Shown here piece by piece: positions 27,572 through 37,191 of a DNA stretch of 64,000 nt. Under the pieces are notes generated by a model, which was not told the origin of the DNA, ran no database searches, and saw nothing but the letters and a program-made list of their open reading frames with translations. The DNA comes from Armatimonadota bacterium (lineage in GTDB: Bacteria > Sysuimicrobiota > Sysuimicrobiia > Sysuimicrobiales > Sysuimicrobiaceae), in assembly GCA_025059775.1 (NCBI GenBank), contig JANXCW010000001.1, positions 221,549 through 285,548 on the forward strand, in the 5' to 3' direction. Position 1 is the first letter of the stretch; each line of letters opens with the position of its first letter. The position numbers and the translations under genes were made by a program.

Positions 27572-29584
27572 TTATCCGTCTATGCTGACCATCCCCAGCT
27601 TGTGGAGGTTCAGGTCCGGCTCCAGCTCCTCGAAGGCAATCACCGGGATCTGCGGGACCACGTGCTCCACGAGCCGCCGCACCGCGCTGCGCACGACCCC
27701 GGAGCACAGGAGCACGGGGTGGGGGCTTCCTCGAGAGGCGGCCTCCCACGCGGTTCGGATGGCTTGTTGCAGCCGATGCAGGACCTCCGCATCCACCCGC
27801 TTGCCCTGGGCGCCATCCACGAGCGCGGCCTCCGCACTGGGGTCCAAGACCAGCACGTGCAGGCGGCGTGCTTCATCCAGCAGGTGCTGGTAGAGGCCCC
27901 GACCCAGGGCCCGCCGCACGAGCTCCACAAGTCGTTCAGGCTCCTTCACGGATCGTCCATGATCCGCCAGGGTCTCCAGGATGGTGACGAGGTCCCGGAT
28001 GGGCACACCTTCCTGCAGGAGCAGCTGCAGCACCCGCTGCACCTCGCCCACGCTCAGGACTTGAGGCACCAGCTCCTCCACCAGGGCCTTCTGCCGCTCC
28101 CGCAGCCGATCCAGCATCTCCTGGACATCCTGCCGGCTCAGCAGGCGCCACCCGTGGCGCCGCACCACCTCCGCGAGGTGGGTGGCCACCACCACGGAGG
28201 GCTCCACCACGGTGTAGCCGCTCGCCTCCGCCACCGCCCGCTCGTGCTCCGAGATCCACACCGCGGGGGTACCGAAGGTAGGATCCGTGGTCTGTACGCC
28301 GGGCAGTTCCGGTGCCTCCGGGGCGGTCCGGATGGCCAGTAACCCCCCGGGCATTACCTCCCCCCGGGCCACCTCTACGCCCCGGAGGAGAATCCGGTAC
28401 TCCCGGGAACCCAGGGTGGGTTCATCCCGCACCCGGACGGGCGGGATCACGAGGCCCATCTGAGCGGCCACCTGCCTGCGCAGGGCCACGATGCGCTGCA
28501 ATAGATCCCCACCCCGGGTGGGCTCCACCAGCTCGATGAGGCCGTAGCCGATCTCCACGCAGAGGGGATCCACCTCTGTGAGGCCGTGCACGGCCTCCTG
28601 GGGGGGCGCGCTCGGCGCCTGCGGCTCGGGCGGGTTCTGCGGGGCCCGCAGTGCCCACCCCACCGCGGCCAGAACCCCTCCCACGAGCAGAAACGCCAGT
28701 TTGGGGAGGCCTGGAAACAGCCCTACTGCGGCCACGATGCCGCCCGCGGCCAGAAGCGGTCGCCACCGGGCCGTGAGCTGGGCCACGAGGTCCGCACCCA
28801 GGTGGTCCCCACCCGCGGTGCGGGTGAGGATGAGGCCGCTTGCGGCGGAGAGCAACAAGGAAGGGATCTGGAGCGCGAGCCCGGCCCCCACCGCCTGGAG
28901 GGCGAAGGCCTGCGCGGCCTCCCCGGGCGAGAGGCCGCGGCCCAGGCCGACTCCGAACCCGCCCAGGAGGTTGATGGCGGTGATCAACAGGCCCGCGATG
29001 GCATCCCCCCGCACAAACTTGCTGGCCCCGTCCATGGAGCCGAAGAAGTCGGACTGTCGCTCCACCTGCCGCCGCCGCTCTCGGGCCGCCTCCTCCGTGA
29101 GGGTACCCGCGTTGAGCTCCGCGTCGATGCTCATCTGCTTGCCGGGCATGGCGTCCAGGGCGAACCGGGCCGCCACCTCCGCCATGCGGCTGGTGCCGTT
29201 GGTGACCACCAGGAACTGCACGAGGAGCAGGATGGTGAAGATCACCAGGCCTACCACGAGGTTTCCGCCCACCACGAGGCCCCCGAAGGCGGCCACCACA
29301 CTCCCCGCGGATCCCTGGGTGAGGATGAGGCGGGCCATGGCCACGTTGAGACCCAGCCGTCCCAGGGCCGCGGCCAACAGCAGGGAGGGAAACACCGATA
29401 GCTGCAGGGGATCCGTGACGTACGCGGTGGCGAGCAGCACCACCACGGAGAGGGCCAGGTTCGCGATGAGCAGGACGTCCACGAGCGGGGTGGGAAGGGG
29501 AACCACCAGGGTGGCGGTGATCAGCAGCAGGCACGCCACCAGTCCCAGGTCGCTGCTCTGCACGAGCCGCCGGCCGAAGGTCAC
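27572..29584 (-). CDS. flhA: flagellar biosynthesis protein FlhA
   Basis: ORF 27572..29701 trimmed to the GTG that overlaps the flhB stop (GTGA). Motifs FPSLLLAAALGRLGLNVA, RFALDAMPGKQMSIDAELNAG and GSMDGASKFVRGDAIAGLLI. Confidence 0.9.
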   Translation of the reverse strand: MTFGRRLVQSSDLGLVACLLLITATLVVPLPTPLVDVLLIANLALSVVVLLATAYVTDPLQLSVFPSLLLAAALGRLGLNVAMARLILTQGSAGSVVAAFGGLVVGGNLVVGLVIFTILLLVQFLVVTNGTSRMAEVAARFALDAMPGKQMSIDAELNAGTLTEEAARERRRQVERQSDFFGSMDGASKFVRGDAIAGLLITAINLLGGFGVGLGRGLSPGEAAQAFALQAVGAGLALQIPSLLLSAASGLILTRTAGGDHLGADLVAQLTARWRPLLAAGGIVAAVGLFPGLPKLAFLLVGGVLAAVGWALRAPQNPPEPQAPSAPPQEAVHGLTEVDPLCVEIGYGLIELVEPTRGGDLLQRIVALRRQVAAQMGLVIPPVRVRDEPTLGSREYRILLRGVEVARGEVMPGGLLAIRTAPEAPELPGVQTTDPTFGTPAVWISEHERAVAEASGYTVVEPSVVVATHLAEVVRRHGWRLLSRQDVQEMLDRLRERQKALVEELVPQVLSVGEVQRVLQLLLQEGVPIRDLVTILETLADHGRSVKEPERLVELVRRALGRGLYQHLLDEARRLHVLVLDPSAEAALVDGAQGKRVDAEVLHRLQQAIRTAWEAASRGSPHPVLLCSGVVRSAVRRLVEHVVPQIPVIAFEELEPDLNLHKLGMVSIDG

Positions 29585-30627
29585 CAGGGCACCTCCCGCA
29601 GCTGGCCCGAGCGGTACAGCGCCGCGAGCAGTTCCGCCACCGCGTGGTACAGGGCGGGTGGGATCATGCGGCCCAGCGCGACACCCCGGTAGAGGGCCCA
29701 CGCGAGGGGCGGATTCTCCACGACCGGCACCCGGTGGCGGACTGCCTCTTCCCGGATGCGGTCCGCCATCTTCCGAGCCCCCTTCGCGACCACCACGGGC
29801 GCGGGCGCTTCCCGCGGAGCGTACCGGAGGGCCACGGCCACGTGCACGGGGTTGGTGACCACTACCGTGGCCCGGGCCACGTCCCGCAGCATCCGGCGTC
29901 GCGCGAGTTCCCGGGCCCGGGCCCGCTGTCGGGACCGCACGAGGGGATCGCCCTCCGTCTCCCGCAGCTCCTCCCGCACCTCCTGCTTGGTCATGCGCAG
30001 GGCGCGCTCGTGTTCAAAGCGCTGGTAGAGATAGTCCAATCCCCCAAGAAAGGCCAGGGCAATAGCCCCCCGCAGGGCCACCGCGTACACCGTCCTTCCT
30101 ATCCAAACGGCAAGTGCCGAGGGAGAGAGGATCGCGGGAGGTGTCTCCAATACAGCCTTCTGGAGCGGCCCCCACACCGCCACGGCCACCGCGGCCACCT
30201 TGAGCAGGGCCTTCAAGCCCTCCACCACGGAGCGCAGGGAGAAAAGCCGCTCCAGGGCTCGCAGGGGGTTGAGGCGGTCCAGGCTCGGCTCCAGGGGCTT
30301 GCCGCTGAACAATCCCCCGGTCTGCGCCACGCCCGCCGCGAGCCCGGCTGCAAGGGCCGCGCCCACCACGGGACCCATAAGCCACACAGCGGCCACCACG
30401 CCCTCGGCCACCAGGGCCGGGAGCTGATGCGGATCCGGGGAGCTCAGCACGCGCCGGGTGTACTCCGCATACGCTCCGAACCCACCCGGAAGGGCAAGAG
30501 CCCCCGTCGCCACCGCAGCCAGGAGGGCCGCGCCCTGTGTGAGGTCGTGGCTCCGGGCCACCTGCCCCCGGCGTCGGGCCTCCTGGCGCCGCCTCGGGGT
30601 CGCGGGTTCCGTGCGCTGGCTCGCCAT
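29581..30627 (-). CDS. flhB: flagellar biosynthesis protein FlhB
   Basis: ORF 29581..30627. MASQRTEPATPRRRQEARRRGQVARS and the NPVH autocleavage site (VVVTNPVHVAVAL). Confidence 0.9.
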   Translation of the reverse strand: MASQRTEPATPRRRQEARRRGQVARSHDLTQGAALLAAVATGALALPGGFGAYAEYTRRVLSSPDPHQLPALVAEGVVAAVWLMGPVVGAALAAGLAAGVAQTGGLFSGKPLEPSLDRLNPLRALERLFSLRSVVEGLKALLKVAAVAVAVWGPLQKAVLETPPAILSPSALAVWIGRTVYAVALRGAIALAFLGGLDYLYQRFEHERALRMTKQEVREELRETEGDPLVRSRQRARARELARRRMLRDVARATVVVTNPVHVAVALRYAPREAPAPVVVAKGARKMADRIREEAVRHRVPVVENPPLAWALYRGVALGRMIPPALYHAVAELLAALYRSGQLREVPW

Positions 30628-30644
30628 GGCACCTTAAAGGGGTA

Positions 30645-30660
30645 TGCAAAGGTCGTGCCG
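30645..30660 (-). promoter_or_regulatory. sigma-54 promoter GGCAC-N5-TTGCA immediately upstream of flhB
   Basis: Minus-strand reading cGGCACgacctTTGCAtacccctttaaggtgccATG. The -12 TTGCA is the reverse complement of 30645-30649 and the -24 GGCAC is the reverse complement of 30655-30659. The ATG of flhB lies 18 nt downstream. Confidence 0.55.
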
Positions 30661-30664
30661 GGAC

Positions 30665-31513
30665 CTAGGCGAGGTCCTCGGTGGCAAAGCTCGAGACCTC
30701 CACGAGCAGGTCCGCGAGCCCCACCAGCAGGAGGGGGATCTCGTCCGCGCTGAGCCCCAGACGCCGGAGGGCTCCCTCGCTGCACCGATGCAGCAGCTGA
30801 TCCGCCCCCACGCCCACTCCCAGCATGAGGCACAGGATGTCCGCCACATGCACCGCATCCGCAAGCCCGGGATCTTCTGACTCATCGGGCCGATGGTGGT
30901 ACGCGATGGCGGTGATGAGGGAATCCGGTAGGTTCCACCGCCGGGCTGCCTCCGCGCCCACCTGGGCATGGTCGCAGCCCAGCACAGCCCGCTCCGCCTC
31001 TACGAAGTCCATGCCGCTTGCCACGGCTTCCAGCACCGCCGGGTATTGCTCCTGGAGGGCGCTGCTGAGGGCCAGCTTGCCGATGTCGTGCAGCAGCCCC
31101 GCTACGAAGGCGGCCTCCCCATCCCGTCCCCGGCTTCCCCCCAGGTGGCGCGCCACGGTGGCCACCGCCAGGGAGTGCTGCCACAGCTGCACCCGGTCCA
31201 GGCCGTAGCCGGGGGCCCCGGATCGGAAAACATCGTAGGCCACTGCACTCGCCAGCAGGCTACGCACCGCGGCGAACCCCACCAGCACCACCGCCTCCCG
31301 CAGGGTCGCCACGCGTCTGGCGCGGAGGTACAGGGCGGAGTTCGCCAATCGGAGCATCCGGGCCGCCAGCACGGGATCCCTCCCGAGCACCGAGGCCACC
31401 TCCTCCGCGGAGGTGTTGAGATCGTCAAGGAGCCGCATCGCCTCCACCACGTGCGCGGGAAAGGGCTTCAGGGTCTCGAACGCCATCAGGATCCGGTCGG
31501 GGATGCGGCTCAC
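30665..31513 (-). CDS. HDOD-domain protein (HD-related output domain, c-di-GMP-network associated)
   Basis: ORF 30665..32140 trimmed to the GTG overlapping the fliR stop. Typical HDOD pattern with HDIGK (FVAGLLHDIGKLAL). It is inserted between fliR and flhB. Confidence 0.7.
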   Translation of the reverse strand: MSRIPDRILMAFETLKPFPAHVVEAMRLLDDLNTSAEEVASVLGRDPVLAARMLRLANSALYLRARRVATLREAVVLVGFAAVRSLLASAVAYDVFRSGAPGYGLDRVQLWQHSLAVATVARHLGGSRGRDGEAAFVAGLLHDIGKLALSSALQEQYPAVLEAVASGMDFVEAERAVLGCDHAQVGAEAARRWNLPDSLITAIAYHHRPDESEDPGLADAVHVADILCLMLGVGVGADQLLHRCSEGALRRLGLSADEIPLLLVGLADLLVEVSSFATEDLA

Positions 31514-32265
31514 GGCCCCCTCCGCAGGAGCTGTGCCGCGGCCCACAGGGTCCGGGTGAACTCCGCTTCCATGCCCCCGAACAGGTACGGCAAAAACAGC
31601 CCCACCAGCACCAGTCCCACTCCCACCTTGAGGGGGAGGCTTGTAAGGAACACATTCACCTGCGGGGCCGCCCTCGCCACCAGGGCAATCCCCACCTCCA
31701 CCGCGAGGGAGGCCACGAGGAACGGCGCGGCGAGCTGCACCCCGCTCAAAAAGCTCGCGGCGGCCACCTCTACGGCCCACCTCCCCACCGGGCCCGCGGG
31801 CAGGAAGGCCGTGGGGGGAAGCCGGTGGAAGCTGGTCCCCACCAGGCGCAGGGCATGGTGGTGGGCGTCCGTGGCGAGGTACAGGGCAGTGGCCAGGACC
31901 GTCCACAGCTGTGCGAGGACCGTGGACTCCGTACCGTGTACCGGATCCACGAGGTGCCCCGTGCCGAGCCCCAGGCTCAACTCCGCCACCTGGGCCGCCA
32001 CCTGGACCGCGGCGAAGGCCAGGGCCACCCCCCATCCCAAGAAGAGGCCTACGCTCACCTCCTTTACCACCAGGGCCCCGAACACCGAAGCGGCCTCCGG
32101 GACCGGTACCCGGGCCGCGGGAACGGTGGCGGCCAAGCATAGGCCGAGCCCTACCCGGGCCGGGACAGGCACCCGGGGTCCCCCAAGGATCGGAAGGGCC
32201 AGGAGAAAGCCAGACACCCGGGCGGCCCCCAGCAGCAGCGGCAGCAACCCTCCCGAATCCGGCAT
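31510..32265 (-). CDS. fliR: flagellar biosynthetic protein FliR
   Basis: ORF 31510..32550 trimmed to MPDSGGLLPLLLGAARVSGFLLALPIL. The start overlaps the fliQ stop. Confidence 0.85.
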   Translation of the reverse strand: MPDSGGLLPLLLGAARVSGFLLALPILGGPRVPVPARVGLGLCLAATVPAARVPVPEAASVFGALVVKEVSVGLFLGWGVALAFAAVQVAAQVAELSLGLGTGHLVDPVHGTESTVLAQLWTVLATALYLATDAHHHALRLVGTSFHRLPPTAFLPAGPVGRWAVEVAAASFLSGVQLAAPFLVASLAVEVGIALVARAAPQVNVFLTSLPLKVGVGLVLVGLFLPYLFGGMEAEFTRTLWAAAQLLRRGP

Positions 32266-32534
32266 CACCGCACCAGCTCCGGAAGCGCCCGAAGGAGCGC
32301 AGCGGTGAACCCCAAGAGCCGCTGAGCCATCCACGGCCCCAAGAGGACTGCCACCACGCCCACCGCCACCATCTTGGGGACGAAGGATAAGGTAGCCTCC
32401 TGCACCTGGGTGAGCACCTGCAGGAGGCTCACCGCCACTCCCACCAGGAGGGCGGTGAGCAGCATGGGCAGGGCCACCAGGGCAGCCACCGTAGCGGCTT
32501 GCTGGGCAAGGGCCATCAGGGTGTCCAGGCTCAT
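32265..32534 (-). CDS. fliQ: flagellar biosynthetic protein FliQ
   Basis: ORF 32265..32534, 89 aa, two TM segments. MSLDTLMALAQQAATVAALVALPMLLTALLVGVAVSLLQVLTQVQEATLSFVPKM. Confidence 0.9.
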   Translation of the reverse strand: MSLDTLMALAQQAATVAALVALPMLLTALLVGVAVSLLQVLTQVQEATLSFVPKMVAVGVVAVLLGPWMAQRLLGFTAALLRALPELVR

Positions 32535-33268
32535 CGGAAGCTCCCCACAAGGGCCCGGGCCACTAGGTGCCAGCCGTCCACGAAGACGAACAGGAGCAGC
32601 TTGAAGGGCAGGGAGATGAGCACGGGGGGTAGCATGAGCATGCCCAGAGAGAGCAGCACGCTGCTGACCACCATGTCCACCACCAGGAAGGGGAGGAACA
32701 GCAGGGAGCCCAGCAGGAAGGCGGTGCGCAGCTCGCTCACCACGAAGGCGGGGATGAGCACGTAGGTGGGCACGTCGTCTGGCCGGCGGGGGCGCGGAAA
32801 GCGCCCCATGGAGAGGAAGAGGGCCAGATCCTCCTCCCGGGTCTGCCGCAGCATGAACTCCCGGAAGGGCCGGAGGGTCCGGTCCAAGGCCGCTTGCTGG
32901 CCCAGTTCCCCCCGGAGGTAGGGCTGCAGGCCCTCTCGGTTCGCGCGGTCCAGGGTAGGCGCCATGGTAAAGAGGGTTAAAAACAGCGCCAGCCCTACCA
33001 CCACCTGGTTGGGCGGGATCGTGGGCACCCCGATGGCGCTGCGCACCAGGGAGAGCACGATCACGATGCGGGTGAAGGAGGTCATGAGGATGAGGAGGGC
33101 GGGGGCTGTGGCGAGCACGGTGAGCAGCAGGAGCACCTGCAGGGTGCCGGAGACCTGTTGCGGGGAGTCCGAAGCTCCCACCCGCAGCTCCACCACAGGG
33201 AGCGGCGCAGCAAAGGCGGGCGCTGAGAGGACCAGTACGCTCAGGAGCACGAGAACCCCTCGTCTCAC
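32531..33268 (-). CDS. fliP: flagellar biosynthetic protein FliP
   Basis: ORF 32531..33268. Signal peptide, then LLILMTSFTRIVIVLSLVRSAIGVPTIPPNQVVVGLALFLT and the FliP signature. Confidence 0.9.
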   Translation of the reverse strand: MRRGVLVLLSVLVLSAPAFAAPLPVVELRVGASDSPQQVSGTLQVLLLLTVLATAPALLILMTSFTRIVIVLSLVRSAIGVPTIPPNQVVVGLALFLTLFTMAPTLDRANREGLQPYLRGELGQQAALDRTLRPFREFMLRQTREEDLALFLSMGRFPRPRRPDDVPTYVLIPAFVVSELRTAFLLGSLLFLPFLVVDMVVSSVLLSLGMLMLPPVLISLPFKLLLFVFVDGWHLVARALVGSFR

Positions 33269-33624
33269 CGTGGCTCTCCTCCCACCCGCCGCAGACGTCG
33301 CGCGGCCGCCCGCAGCTTCTCCCCGAAGCTCTCCGTCTCTTGGGCAGGCGCGGGCCCCAGCTCCGCGAGCACGGAGAGGTGGCTTCCGAGCAGCAGCCGC
33401 CTCTCGCCCACCTCCACCACGTACAGCACGTGGTGAGGGCTCAACCGGGCCACCTCCCGCAGCCGCACCGTGGAGGAATGCCCCCCGGGCCCCATCCGCA
33501 TCAGGAGGTAGCGGGTAAGGAGCACAAGCCCCACCACCAGGACAAGACCCGCCAGGGCCCGGAGGAGCAGGGAGGCCGGGTGGATCTCCGGGGCAGGGGG
33601 TGAGGCCGCAAGCAGCAGGCTCAC
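33265..33624 (-). CDS. fliO: flagellar biosynthesis protein FliO/FliZ (single TM)
   Basis: C-terminal 119 codons of ORF 33265..34419, from the GTG overlapping the fliY stop. LLLRALAGLVLVVGLVLLTRYLLMRMGPG...LREVARLSPHHVLYVVEVGERRLLLG. It keeps the position between fliY and fliP seen in Bacillus. Confidence 0.55.
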   Translation of the reverse strand: MSLLLAASPPAPEIHPASLLLRALAGLVLVVGLVLLTRYLLMRMGPGGHSSTVRLREVARLSPHHVLYVVEVGERRLLLGSHLSVLAELGPAPAQETESFGEKLRAAARRLRRVGGEPR

Positions 33625-34604
33625 GGACGGTCCTCCGGGCCTCGGCTCAGGGTGCGCAGGCGCTGCTCGGGGCTGAGGATCTCCGTAACCCGGACCCCGA
33701 AGTTCTCCTCGATGACCACCACCTCGCCCCGGGCAAAGAGCCGATCGTTCACATACAGGTCCACGGGCTCCCCCGCGGCCCGCTCGAGCTCGATCACCGC
33801 CCCGATCCCCAGGGAGAGCACGTCGCGGATCCGCATCCGGGTGCGGCCCAGCTCCACGGTGACCTGGAGGGGGACGTCCAGCAGCAGGTCCAGGTTTCGG
33901 TCGGGGCTGGTGGTGCGCCGCGGTTCCAGGGGTTCGAACTCCACGGGCCGCACCGCAGGGGTATGAGGTGCCGCAGGGACCTGTGGGGGAGGCGAAGGAG
34001 AGCCCGCCACGCGTCGGGCAGCTTGGGCGCTCCGCTCCACCAGCTGCGGGAGCACGGAGGCCTCGTAGATCTGGTAGAAGGTGGTCTCCAGAAACCCCTC
34101 CATGTCCAGGCGGAAGGTCACCAGGACCACCTGGTCTGCCGGCTGGAGGAGCCGCTCCACCGCTTCCTCGGTTTCCAGCACCACCACTTGAGGCGGTGAG
34201 ATGGTGACGGGGGAACCCAGAAATTCCGCGAGGGCGGTGCTCGCGGAGCCCATCATCTGGTTCATGGCCTCCCCGGCCCCGCTCAGCAGGAGCTCCTGAT
34301 CCAAAGGCCGGGCCACGGATCCATCCCCGCCCATCATGAGATCCACGAGCACCCGGACGTCCTCCTCCCGCAGGAGCAGGTAGCTGCGGCTCGTGACGGC
34401 TCCGGAGGTGTGCACGCATACCCCCACGTGTCCCACCAGGGAGCTCCGATCCACCTCGGACCAGCGGAGGAGCTCCGCCCTGGGCGCGGTGATGCGCACC
34501 CGCCGCCGCACCAGTTGCGAGAGGGTGGTGGCCGCGGAGCCCATGCCGATGTTGGAGAGCTCCGCCAGCAGGTCCAGGGGGTCCACCGGGTACGGATTAG
34601 CCAT
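33621..34604 (-). CDS. fliY: flagellar motor switch phosphatase FliY (CheC-like domains + FliN C-terminus)
   Basis: ORF 33621..34604. CheC-like N-terminus LLAELSNIGMGSAATTLSQL. The C-terminal FliN/SpoA domain is VPLQVTVELGRTRMRIRDVLSLGIGAVIELERAAGEPVDLYVNDRLFARGEVVVIEENFGVRV. Confidence 0.85.
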   Translation of the reverse strand: MANPYPVDPLDLLAELSNIGMGSAATTLSQLVRRRVRITAPRAELLRWSEVDRSSLVGHVGVCVHTSGAVTSRSYLLLREEDVRVLVDLMMGGDGSVARPLDQELLLSGAGEAMNQMMGSASTALAEFLGSPVTISPPQVVVLETEEAVERLLQPADQVVLVTFRLDMEGFLETTFYQIYEASVLPQLVERSAQAARRVAGSPSPPPQVPAAPHTPAVRPVEFEPLEPRRTTSPDRNLDLLLDVPLQVTVELGRTRMRIRDVLSLGIGAVIELERAAGEPVDLYVNDRLFARGEVVVIEENFGVRVTEILSPEQRLRTLSRGPEDRP

Positions 34605-35577
34605 GGCGGGAGCTTGCCTCCTGCGCCAGGATCTGCACCGCGAGCCGGCCTCCCATCCGGCCCGGCCTAGCGGAGAACACCGGGATTCCCTCCACCAGCA
34701 CCTCCAGGGGATCGTGGGCCCGGCGGTCCAAGCGGATCACGTCGTTGGGCCCCAGGCTCAGGAGGTCTCCCAGGGGAACCCACGCCCGGCCCAGCTCCAC
34801 CTGCACGGGGACGTGGGTGTCCTCCACCGCCCGCTGCAGCAGCTCCGTCTGAACAGAGCGGGAAGGCGCCCGGAACAGGGTAGTGGCGCTCAGCAGGCTC
34901 AGGATGGGCTGCAGCAGGAGATACGGGAGGCACAGGTTCATGCGGTAGGACTGATGGGAGGTGTCTACCTGGAAGTACACGAGCAGTACCACATCCGTGG
35001 GGCCCGCGATGTGGGCGAACTGCGGGTTCGTCTCCAGCCCCAAAAGGACGGGCCGCACGTCCGCCACGGACTGCCACGCGTCGTGCAGCAGCGGGAGCAG
35101 CCGCTGCATGAGCCGCTCCACCAAGCCCCGCTCCAGCTCCGTGAGGGGCCGCAGGGGCTGATCCGCCCGACCGGGGCCGCCCAGGAGCCGGTCCACCATG
35201 GCCAGGGCCAGGCTGTTGCTGAACTCCAGCAGCGCCCGCCCCTCCAGGGGCTCCAGCCGGAACAGCACGATGACCGTGGGGGAGGGGATGGAGCGCACGA
35301 ACTCCTCATAGCTGAGCTGCTCCACGGATCGCACGCTGACCGCGATGGGGCTCCGGAGGTGCACGGAGAGGGCCATGCCCGCCATCCGGGCGAAGGCCCC
35401 GTGGAGGACGGACACCGTGCGGAGCTGATCCTTGGAGAACCGGTCCGGACGGCGGAAGTCGTAGGGCCGGATCCGGCGCTCTTCCTGGGGAGTCGTGGAT
35501 TCCGGGGCCACCTGACCCGATCGGAGAGCCGAGATGAGTTGATCGATCTCCGCCTGCGAGAGGAGTTCGTCCGTCAT
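34597..35577 (-). CDS. fliM: flagellar motor switch protein FliM
   Basis: ORF 34597..35745 trimmed to MTDELLSQAEIDQLISAL. The CheY-P binding N-terminus and FliM middle/C domains are present. Confidence 0.9.
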   Translation of the reverse strand: MTDELLSQAEIDQLISALRSGQVAPESTTPQEERRIRPYDFRRPDRFSKDQLRTVSVLHGAFARMAGMALSVHLRSPIAVSVRSVEQLSYEEFVRSIPSPTVIVLFRLEPLEGRALLEFSNSLALAMVDRLLGGPGRADQPLRPLTELERGLVERLMQRLLPLLHDAWQSVADVRPVLLGLETNPQFAHIAGPTDVVLLVYFQVDTSHQSYRMNLCLPYLLLQPILSLLSATTLFRAPSRSVQTELLQRAVEDTHVPVQVELGRAWVPLGDLLSLGPNDVIRLDRRAHDPLEVLVEGIPVFSARPGRMGGRLAVQILAQEASSRHG

Positions 35578-36017
35578 TGGGCCACGAACTCCGAGAAGTA
35601 CACGGCCTTCACGTGGAACCGATCGGCCTGAGCTTCCTCGTTGAGCCGGCGCACCAGCTCCTGCTCCATGCGCTCCTGGCCCTCCGGGGTGCGGAGGGCG
35701 GAGTACCGTTTCCCGGTAAGGGTCCGGACCACCACGTCCGACCACCGGTACCGCGCTTCCGCCGCGGCCTCCTTAAGGGCTTCTCCGCCGAGCGGGGTTT
35801 CCACCTCGAGGGCGAGGGTGACCTTAAGGTAGCGGAACCCGTCACCGGGATCCAGGTTCACCACGAAGCTTCCAAGGGGGACCGTGGCGTGGTTCAGTTT
35901 GGGCTTGGTCTCCCCCCGGGGTCGTGCGAGCAGAGCCCCTGCGGCCACGGCCCCTGCCAGGAGCACCACCATGCCCGCCACGAGCCCCAGCTTCGCGGCA
36001 CCGCGCTCGGACCGCAT
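35574..36017 (-). CDS. fliL: flagellar basal-body-associated protein FliL
   Basis: ORF 35574..36017. N-terminal TM, then VPLGSFVVNLDPGDGFRYLKVTLALEV. Confidence 0.8.
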   Translation of the reverse strand: MRSERGAAKLGLVAGMVVLLAGAVAAGALLARPRGETKPKLNHATVPLGSFVVNLDPGDGFRYLKVTLALEVETPLGGEALKEAAAEARYRWSDVVVRTLTGKRYSALRTPEGQERMEQELVRRLNEEAQADRFHVKAVYFSEFVAQ

Positions 36018-36040
36018 CCCTTCCCTCCGGCCCGAGACTA

Positions 36041-36056
36041 TGCAACTTCCGTGCCG
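36041..36056 (-). promoter_or_regulatory. sigma-54 promoter GGCAC-N5-TTGCA upstream of fliL
   Basis: Minus-strand reading cGGCACggaagTTGCAtagtctcgggccggagggaagggATG. The TTGCA is the reverse complement of 36041-36045 and the GGCAC is the reverse complement of 36051-36055. A GGAGGGAAGGG ribosome-binding site lies between the predicted start and the ATG. Confidence 0.6.
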
Positions 36057-36095
36057 GACCTAGTCCATGCTCTCCCCTGTCAGTCCGGTCCCCCC

Positions 36096-37097
36096 TTACC
36101 GTACCCGGTAGAGGAGCCAGACACCTAGCCCGTAGGCTGCGAGCATAAGCAGGCTACCCCATTCGAGGAGAAGAAAGCGCCTCTCCGCGCGGTAGACGAC
36201 GGCGACGAGACCGAGGCTCATGAGCGTGATCCCCACAAGCCCCGAGAGAACGTGGTCGGGATCCGCAGCCGCAAAGAGGCTTGCCGGCTGAACCAGGTCC
36301 AGCGGCAGGAAGAGGGCCATGTTGAACGCGTTGGAGCCGAAGAGGTTGCCGATCGCGAGGTCGACCGCACCCATCCGAACTGCCACGATAGAGGTGACCA
36401 GCTCTGGCATCGATGTGGTCAGACCCACAAGCCATGTCCCTATGAACGTGTCCCCTAGACCGGTGATCTCGGCGATCCCATGGGCGGACCAGACGAAGAC
36501 CGGGGCCACCCCCAGCAGCCCGATCGCGGCGAGAGTCCACCCGACCACAGCACGCCGCAATACTAGCTGCGTTTCTACTTGCCAGCCGGGCGCATACAGC
36601 TCTGTCCTCGCGCTCTGGTACCTGACGTGGTGATGGATGGCCCGGGCCCCGGCCAGGTAGACAAGGAACAGCAACAGCGAAGCAAGGTCGATCCAGAAAA
36701 CCAAGAGCTCAGGGCGTGCGAGCACGAACACCGTAGCTAGTGCGGTGAGGAGTATCGCGAGACTCACCGTCAGCACGTGATCAAGGGTCGCTCGCCTCAG
36801 CACCTCTTTTCGCGGAAAGAGCAGATCGAGCACCGCGAGGATCAGCATGTTGGCCATGCTGGAACCAAAGAGGTCGCCCACGGCAAGGTCAACCGCGTCC
36901 AGCCTGACCGCAAAGATATCCGTAGTGAGTTCCGGGAGTGATGTTGCCCCAGCCAGGAGCACTGCTCCCACCCACATCCGGCCAAGCCCGGTCGTCTCTG
37001 CGATGGTCTCTGAATACCAGGCGATAGCCACTCCGGCTAGGACGATGAGGCCACCGCTGGCCACGAACGCAAGCACGGAAGTCAATGGGATCTCCAT
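36096..37097 (-). CDS. Ca2+/cation antiporter (CaCA family, YrbG-like, two alpha-repeats)
   Basis: ORF 36096..37097. Alpha-repeat motifs GATSLPELTTDIFAV and GLTTSMPELVTSIVAV. It has visibly lower GC and lower third-position G/C than the flanking flagellar genes. It sits between motB and fliL. Confidence 0.8.
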   Translation of the reverse strand: MEIPLTSVLAFVASGGLIVLAGVAIAWYSETIAETTGLGRMWVGAVLLAGATSLPELTTDIFAVRLDAVDLAVGDLFGSSMANMLILAVLDLLFPRKEVLRRATLDHVLTVSLAILLTALATVFVLARPELLVFWIDLASLLLFLVYLAGARAIHHHVRYQSARTELYAPGWQVETQLVLRRAVVGWTLAAIGLLGVAPVFVWSAHGIAEITGLGDTFIGTWLVGLTTSMPELVTSIVAVRMGAVDLAIGNLFGSNAFNMALFLPLDLVQPASLFAAADPDHVLSGLVGITLMSLGLVAVVYRAERRFLLLEWGSLLMLAAYGLGVWLLYRVR

Positions 37098-37191
37098 AAC
37101 GCTTTTGTCGCAACCCTCTGGCTCGATCCCTCCTGCATCCCCCTGCCTGTCTAAGTATATCCCGCTCGGACACGGTGCCTGCGTTCTGCGG

